This document shows positions 25,027 through 29,603 of a stretch of 29,603 nucleotides of DNA, piece by piece. The stretch is from a virus (taxonomy: Duplodnaviria > Caudoviricetes). Location: positions 1 through 29,603 of IMG/VR virus record IMGVR_UViG_3300027467_000156. One strand, given 5' to 3'. Below the pieces are notes generated by a model that made no database searches, was not told the DNA's origin, and saw nothing but the letters and a program-made list of their open reading frames with translations. The translations under genes and the position numbers were made by a program. Position 1 is the first letter of the stretch. Each line of letters opens with the position of its first letter.

Positions 25027-26593
25027 CGGTGCGGAGGCGGATGGTGGTGTCGTCGTCGAGGTGGATCTCTTCGGTAGAACGGGCGGGTGCGGTTGGATCG
25101 CCTGAGGCCGGTGAGTCGGCTGAGGGGGTGGGGGCAGCGGAACTGAGACCTAGGTCTTGCTTAAGCTGATTCTCTTTACTAATGGTGCTGATTGTGCTCA
25201 TGAAGTCGTTGCCGGTGTACTCCATGATCTGTTCGGCGTGGGTTTGGAGCTGGAGGGCACGGGCCATTTCCATGGCCTTCATTTCCTTGGCGGGATCGAC
25301 CCAGCTCCAGGCGCGGGCTTGCCAATGCGGGGCGTTGTAGCGCTCGGGCCGTGTCCACACGTCCGAGAACATGGGCATGGGCAGGTCGCTCAGTGCGGCA
25401 GCGGCGAGCCACTCCTCGAACACACGCTGGTGGAGCTGCTGGATGAGTACCGATTGGATTACGCGCCAGTGGTCGCGGTCTTCCAAGATGCTCAGGCGCG
25501 AGCTGCTGTAGTTGGATTCCGAGAAATCGCGGCTCAGGGTTTCGTAGGAGCAGCCGTAACCGGAGGCGAAGCGGCGGGCGAGGGAGCGGACCACGGCCTC
25601 GTATTGGTTGTCGTCTGGGCCGAAGGCTGGGGGGATGGCGGTTTCGCCGGGAAGCAGGAAGTTGTAGGAGCCGGGCTCGGTGTTCCAGAGACGCTTATCG
25701 CCTTCGAGGGCTGGGGTGCCGTCAGAGTTGGTGCTGCCGAATGTGTCGGGTTCTGGGGTTTGGATCCAGCCGAGGCTGTTGGCTTGAACGCGCTTACGGG
25801 TCCAGTGGGCCTCTTCGTACTTACCGAGGTTCCAGCTGGTGGTGATGACAGAGCTGAACCAGGGGATGCCGCGTGTCTGGCCGATGCGCTCTGGAATGTA
25901 GATATGGATAAGGTCGGCAGCATCGACAAAGATGTGCTTAGCGGTGCCGTCTAGGTAGGTGCTTAGTTCGGCGTCGCCTGGGTGTTTGCGGAGAATGGCG
26001 TAGCGGGTGGGCCGGCCCCACTCGTTGAGTTCGACACCCATGCGCCATGAGTGGTTGGGGCGGTCGCTATAGCCGGTGTAATCGTCGTCGAGTTGGTCGG
26101 CTTCGATTAGTTCCAGTGCGAGGGGGACGCGACTACGGCCCATGGCTTGGCGGACCAGGCGGACGCAGACTTCGCCGGATTCGGGGAGGGCGCCGGTTAC
26201 GGCGAGTTCGATGCCGTGGAAGCTGAGGCGGCCGGTTACGTCGCAGGAGTCGGCGCGGCACCAACGGTTCCAGTGGTCAAGCAGCGTAGCGTTGCGGCGC
26301 TCGTCCTTCTCGATGCCGTCGAGGCGAAGCACCTGGGGCTGCATTTGGATGCCGCGTGCGCCGACGACGTTGATCTGGGTGGTGCGCTTGGCTTGACGGG
26401 CGTAGGGGTTGTCGCGGACCAGGGCGCGGCTGCGGTTGCGCAGCACCTTGAGGCTGCCGCGTAGTTCGGCATCGGCACTGGTGTTGGGGGCTGCGAAGTC
26501 GGCGCTAAAGCGATTCCACCTGGCCGCGTCAAAGGCGCGTTTGCCGGTGCGGACGGCGCTGAGTTGGCGACGGAGCCAGGTGCGGAGGCCCAT
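24989..26593 (-). CDS. B: Portal protein, lambda family (534 aa)
   Basis: LRNRSRALVRDNPYA, LELIEADQL, GVELNEWGRP, GQTRGIPW, YETLSRDFSESNYSSSR and WVDPAKE motifs. Confidence 0.96.
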   Translation of the reverse strand: MGLRTWLRRQLSAVRTGKRAFDAARWNRFSADFAAPNTSADAELRGSLKVLRNRSRALVRDNPYARQAKRTTQINVVGARGIQMQPQVLRLDGIEKDERRNATLLDHWNRWCRADSCDVTGRLSFHGIELAVTGALPESGEVCVRLVRQAMGRSRVPLALELIEADQLDDDYTGYSDRPNHSWRMGVELNEWGRPTRYAILRKHPGDAELSTYLDGTAKHIFVDAADLIHIYIPERIGQTRGIPWFSSVITTSWNLGKYEEAHWTRKRVQANSLGWIQTPEPDTFGSTNSDGTPALEGDKRLWNTEPGSYNFLLPGETAIPPAFGPDDNQYEAVVRSLARRFASGYGCSYETLSRDFSESNYSSSRLSILEDRDHWRVIQSVLIQQLHQRVFEEWLAAAALSDLPMPMFSDVWTRPERYNAPHWQARAWSWVDPAKEMKAMEMARALQLQTHAEQIMEYTGNDFMSTISTISKENQLKQDLGLSSAAPTPSADSPASGDPTAPARSTEEIHLDDDTTIRLRTDLSSQAAKQPGS

Positions 26594-26599
26594 GGTGGA

Positions 26600-26851
26600 T
26601 CAGGTGAAGCGGATGTAGAGGGAGCGACCGTCGCCACGGCCGGCGTTAAGACTATTGGCCATGCGGTCGCGGGCGATCTCGGCCTTGAGTTGATCGCGCC
26701 ACTGAATCAGCTGTGCCAAGTCGGCACGTTTGACCATACGACCACCTGTAGGCGTACCGATCCGATATTCTTGCGCTCCCGAGATCAGAGTGCGGATTGC
26801 TGTTTCGACCGTTTCTAGGTCGATTAGACGTTGTGCAGCTGGAGTAGGCAT
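26600..26851 (-). CDS. W: Head-tail adaptor (gpW-like, 83 aa)
   Basis: Lies between the terminase and portal genes. AI..LISGAQEYRIG...R.VKRADLAQL pattern. Confidence 0.8.
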   Translation of the reverse strand: MPTPAAQRLIDLETVETAIRTLISGAQEYRIGTPTGGRMVKRADLAQLIQWRDQLKAEIARDRMANSLNAGRGDGRSLYIRFT

Positions 26852-26870
26852 GTGACGGCTGCGTTTCGTC

Positions 26871-26900
26871 TAAGTGTAGGTGGTTTGGGTTGTACTGCTT
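26871..26900 (-). promoter_or_regulatory. Putative late promoter, copy 2 of AAGCAGTACAACCC-N6-CCTAC
   Basis: Identical 14-mer at 26887-26900, then TACACT (26873-26878) about 20 nt before the gpW ATG. Confidence 0.6.
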
Positions 26901-26962
26901 TGCAAATAAGCTGCGTGATTGGTGTGAGGCAATTGCGTGGCTAAACCGAAAAACGCAACTAC

Positions 26963-28840
26963 TTAGCGGCCTAGGACGTTGAAGGCGGCGGCAGAGCGGG
27001 GCTGAGGTGTTGGGGCTTCGCCGCTTACGGGGCGGAGTTTGCGCTCCAGCTGATCCCAGATCGTGCGGCGGTCGTAGAGCTGGTAGAGGCGGTGGAGAGA
27101 GGCGTAGGCGTAGACGAACTCGTCTAGTGCTTCGTTGGGGGCGGAACTCTTCTTTACCCAGACACGCTGGGGGAATCCGTTTTTGTAGCGAAGTACCTGT
27201 TTTTCGGCGGTTAGTTCCTCGAAATAGTCGAGGGGAGTCTTGGCGTGGAAGTGAATGTAGCCGGGGCCGGGTTCGTTGTGCTTTAGGCGTCCAAATAGGA
27301 GGGACTTTACGGTGTCCGAGCCGACTGGGTAGACCTGGGCGCCTTTGCGGAGTGTCTGGCCTTTGTGGTTGAGGTCTACGCGGCTGGGTTTGCCGATCGC
27401 GGGCTTGCCCTTGGTGGACATGCCTTTGATGGCGATGACGCCTTGGGCGGCGCGATCACGGGCGTAGGCATAGACATCGGCGGTGTGATGGCCACCGGAG
27501 TCGATAGCGCAGATGCTTACACGGAGGTCGATGCCGTCTTCGCTGAGGAAGGGGCGTGCCAGTATCTCATCGAGCTGTTTCCATACGTCAGGTCTGGAGG
27601 GGTCGCCGTAGAGCTTGCTGCGGTCGATGAGCCAAGCCTCCTCTTCGCGGCCCCAAGCCCAGACGCTGAGACTTAGGCGATCGTCCTGACAGTCGCAGCC
27701 GATGGTAAGTGCAAGGGCTGCGGCGGGGACGATGAGGTGTTCGTAGGTTTCCTTGGAGGCGCGGTCCAGTAGAACATTGGCGCCGATCTTGGAGGCGTAT
27801 TCGTCTTCCCAGACCTCACCTAAGACGGTGTTTACGAAGGTTTTTAGTTGCTCGGCGTCGTTCTTCGAGTCAAGGAACTCTTCGACTAGGTTGGCCCAGG
27901 TGGCGTTAGGCGAATAAGAGTAGGCGGCCCAAATGTGGAAGCTCACATGCTTACCGTTGCCGGGGACGGTAGAGCGCCATTCGCCGCGTTCCACCATCCA
28001 ACGTTTCTTAGCGTGTGGGATTAGTTCGTTGCAGGATTCGCATTTGTATGCGGCGGTGGATGGGTCGCTGTCGGCCCAGGTCATTTGTGCCCAGCGGAGG
28101 TACTGCATGTGGGCGCAGTGGGGGCATGGGACGAAGTAACGCCGCTGATCGCCTTGGGCATAGAGCCGTTCGATGCGGCTGAAGTCCTTGATGGTTGGGG
28201 TGGAGCCAGCGACGATCTTGCGGTTCCAGTAATACTCGGTTCGGCGGATGCCGAGCTTGATCTGGTCGCCCTCAGTGCCTGCCGAGGGTGGGTAGCCATC
28301 TGTTTCGTCGAAGAGGACCACGCGCCGACTTACACGACGGAAGCCACGCGGCGAATTTGCACCAACAAGGCTTAGCGTTCCACCTGGAAAGTGCTTCTGT
28401 AGAATCGTATTAGCACCATCTTTGGCCTTAGCATCACTAACCAAGCCGCTTAGGCAGGGAGTATCGCGGAGCATGGGGGCGATCTCTTCCTTGGAGTAGC
28501 CCTGCGCATCTTCGATGGTGGGCTGCACCAGCATGATGGGGCAGGGGTCTTGGTGGATGTGATAGGCGATGACGTGGTTGAGGATTTTGCTGTACCCGAC
28601 GCGAGCTGATTTCATTAGCGAAACCTGTTCGATGTGAGGATCGCTAATGGCATCCATAATGCCTTTTTGGTAGGGGAGGGTGCGCCAGCGGCCACCTTCG
28701 GCGCTACTTTCTACGCTTAGATAGGCGTAAGAGTCGGCCCACTCGCTTAGGGTGAGTTTGCGCGGAGGCTTGAAGGCGGACCAGGCAGAACGCTCTAGGC
28801 GTTGAAGGCTTGTAAGGGGTGGTGTAAGGGTTGTGGTCAT
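26963..28840 (-). CDS. A: Terminase large subunit, lambda gpA family (625 aa)
   Basis: Walker A-like KSARVGYSK, Walker B VVLFDETD, GSTPT, CPHC...CESC zinc motif and nuclease motifs GCDCQDD, AIDSGG, NEALD. Confidence 0.97.
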   Translation of the reverse strand: MTTTLTPPLTSLQRLERSAWSAFKPPRKLTLSEWADSYAYLSVESSAEGGRWRTLPYQKGIMDAISDPHIEQVSLMKSARVGYSKILNHVIAYHIHQDPCPIMLVQPTIEDAQGYSKEEIAPMLRDTPCLSGLVSDAKAKDGANTILQKHFPGGTLSLVGANSPRGFRRVSRRVVLFDETDGYPPSAGTEGDQIKLGIRRTEYYWNRKIVAGSTPTIKDFSRIERLYAQGDQRRYFVPCPHCAHMQYLRWAQMTWADSDPSTAAYKCESCNELIPHAKKRWMVERGEWRSTVPGNGKHVSFHIWAAYSYSPNATWANLVEEFLDSKNDAEQLKTFVNTVLGEVWEDEYASKIGANVLLDRASKETYEHLIVPAAALALTIGCDCQDDRLSLSVWAWGREEEAWLIDRSKLYGDPSRPDVWKQLDEILARPFLSEDGIDLRVSICAIDSGGHHTADVYAYARDRAAQGVIAIKGMSTKGKPAIGKPSRVDLNHKGQTLRKGAQVYPVGSDTVKSLLFGRLKHNEPGPGYIHFHAKTPLDYFEELTAEKQVLRYKNGFPQRVWVKKSSAPNEALDEFVYAYASLHRLYQLYDRRTIWDQLERKLRPVSGEAPTPQPRSAAAFNVLGR

Positions 28841-29445
28841 GCGGTTGCGTGATCTGCGGTGGCGGTTGTTGTGCTCAAGTCTTCCAAGGTCTCTCTTACG
28901 ATGTCGTCTAAGATACTTATTGCATCGGTATCAAGGTCGGGTATGCGCTGCTTTGCTTTGGTTGGTATGCCCAAGAGCTTGGTACGGGCTAGGGTAATAA
29001 TTTCTACCCATTTTGTCTCTATTTCCTCGGCTTTTACTAGGATTTTCTCCTTTTGTTGGCGTTCCAGCTCAAGAAGTTCGGCTTTTAGGTGCTCAGTTCT
29101 GGCACGTGATATGTCGTAGTCAGGGACGATCTCACTTGTTTGGCCCAAGCGAGCGTCCGTAGAGGCTGGTGAGGAGGACGTGGAGGCGGCGCGACTTAGG
29201 CGAGCTTCGACTTCGCCAGGACGTAGAGGGGTGAACTCCTGCGTACCTGCAGGAGGCTTAGGGCCACGGCCGATGCGTTTTTGCGTGTTGCGCTGCCACT
29301 CGTCGCGCATGGTCGAGGAGTTTACGAGTTCACGACCATCTCCTGTACGCACCACTGATAGGCGGTTTGTGCGTATTGCTGCGTAGACCGCTTCTCTGGT
29401 TACTCCAAGCACCCGAGCGGCTTCTGCTTTTGTGATCAGGGCCAT
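28837..29445 (-). CDS. Terminase small subunit (Nu1-like, 202 aa)
   Basis: N-terminal HTH (TKAEAARVLGVTREAVYAAI), coiled coil RARTEHLKAELLELE, KLLGIP motif and ATGA overlap with the large subunit. Confidence 0.9.
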   Translation of the reverse strand: MALITKAEAARVLGVTREAVYAAIRTNRLSVVRTGDGRELVNSSTMRDEWQRNTQKRIGRGPKPPAGTQEFTPLRPGEVEARLSRAASTSSSPASTDARLGQTSEIVPDYDISRARTEHLKAELLELERQQKEKILVKAEEIETKWVEIITLARTKLLGIPTKAKQRIPDLDTDAISILDDIVRETLEDLSTTTATADHATA

Positions 29446-29452
29446 GTTTCTG

Positions 29453-29492
29453 ATTGTAGCGTGACTTGTACCCCACGGACTGTTTTCCGTGG
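29453..29492 (-). promoter_or_regulatory. Putative promoter/operator of the packaging operon
   Basis: TACAAT lies 7 nt before the terS ATG, with GTACAA further upstream and the inverted repeat CCACGGA-N6-TCCGTGG at 29473-29492. Confidence 0.45.
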
Positions 29493-29603
29493 TATCATGG
29501 CCGGTTTTTCATTTTGTTAGGGGTAGGGGTAGGTGTGCCCTTGCGCCTAACGAAACAACTTATCAACGCTGTGCCTAGGAAAAAATTGCGCTACGAAACC
29601 CCT

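Noticed and set aside
1-29603. Cyanobacterial HIP1 (GCGATCGC) enrichment as evidence of host; tRNA or rRNA genes
   Set aside because: Only scattered CGATCG cores were noticed by eye and there are no RNA gene signatures. Host assignment remains an inference from gene layout.

Overview
A 29.6-kb piece of a lambda-like (siphovirus) phage or prophage genome, holding almost the whole virion-morphogenesis operon on the minus strand. Right to left it runs: terminase small and large subunits, gpW-like adaptor, lambda-family portal, a 959-aa polyprotein (three extra N-terminal domains, HK97 prohead protease, scaffold, major capsid), head accessory and neck genes, tail terminator, tail tube, tail chaperones G/GT with a GGGAAAC -1 frameshift, a 2191-aa tape measure protein, gpM/L/K/I/J, a tail fibre with its chaperone, two tiny ORFs absent from the track, and a four-gene fibre/adhesin cassette whose last gene runs off the left edge. 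The only convincing plus-strand gene is an AT-rich HNH-AP2 endonuclease. It lies between two diverged copies of the 3' end of a 45-aa basic gene, which suggests a freestanding homing element that replaces the 3' end of its target gene. Other notable signals are probable internal expression of scaffold+capsid from inside the polyprotein, DGG motifs on the neck protein next to an Mtd_N-type fibre, an exact 14-bp promoter-associated repeat and 8-bp tandem microrepeats at gene ends. The layout resembles picocyanobacterial siphoviruses, but the host cannot be proven from this window. Family assignments come from recognised motifs and gene order, not from database searches.
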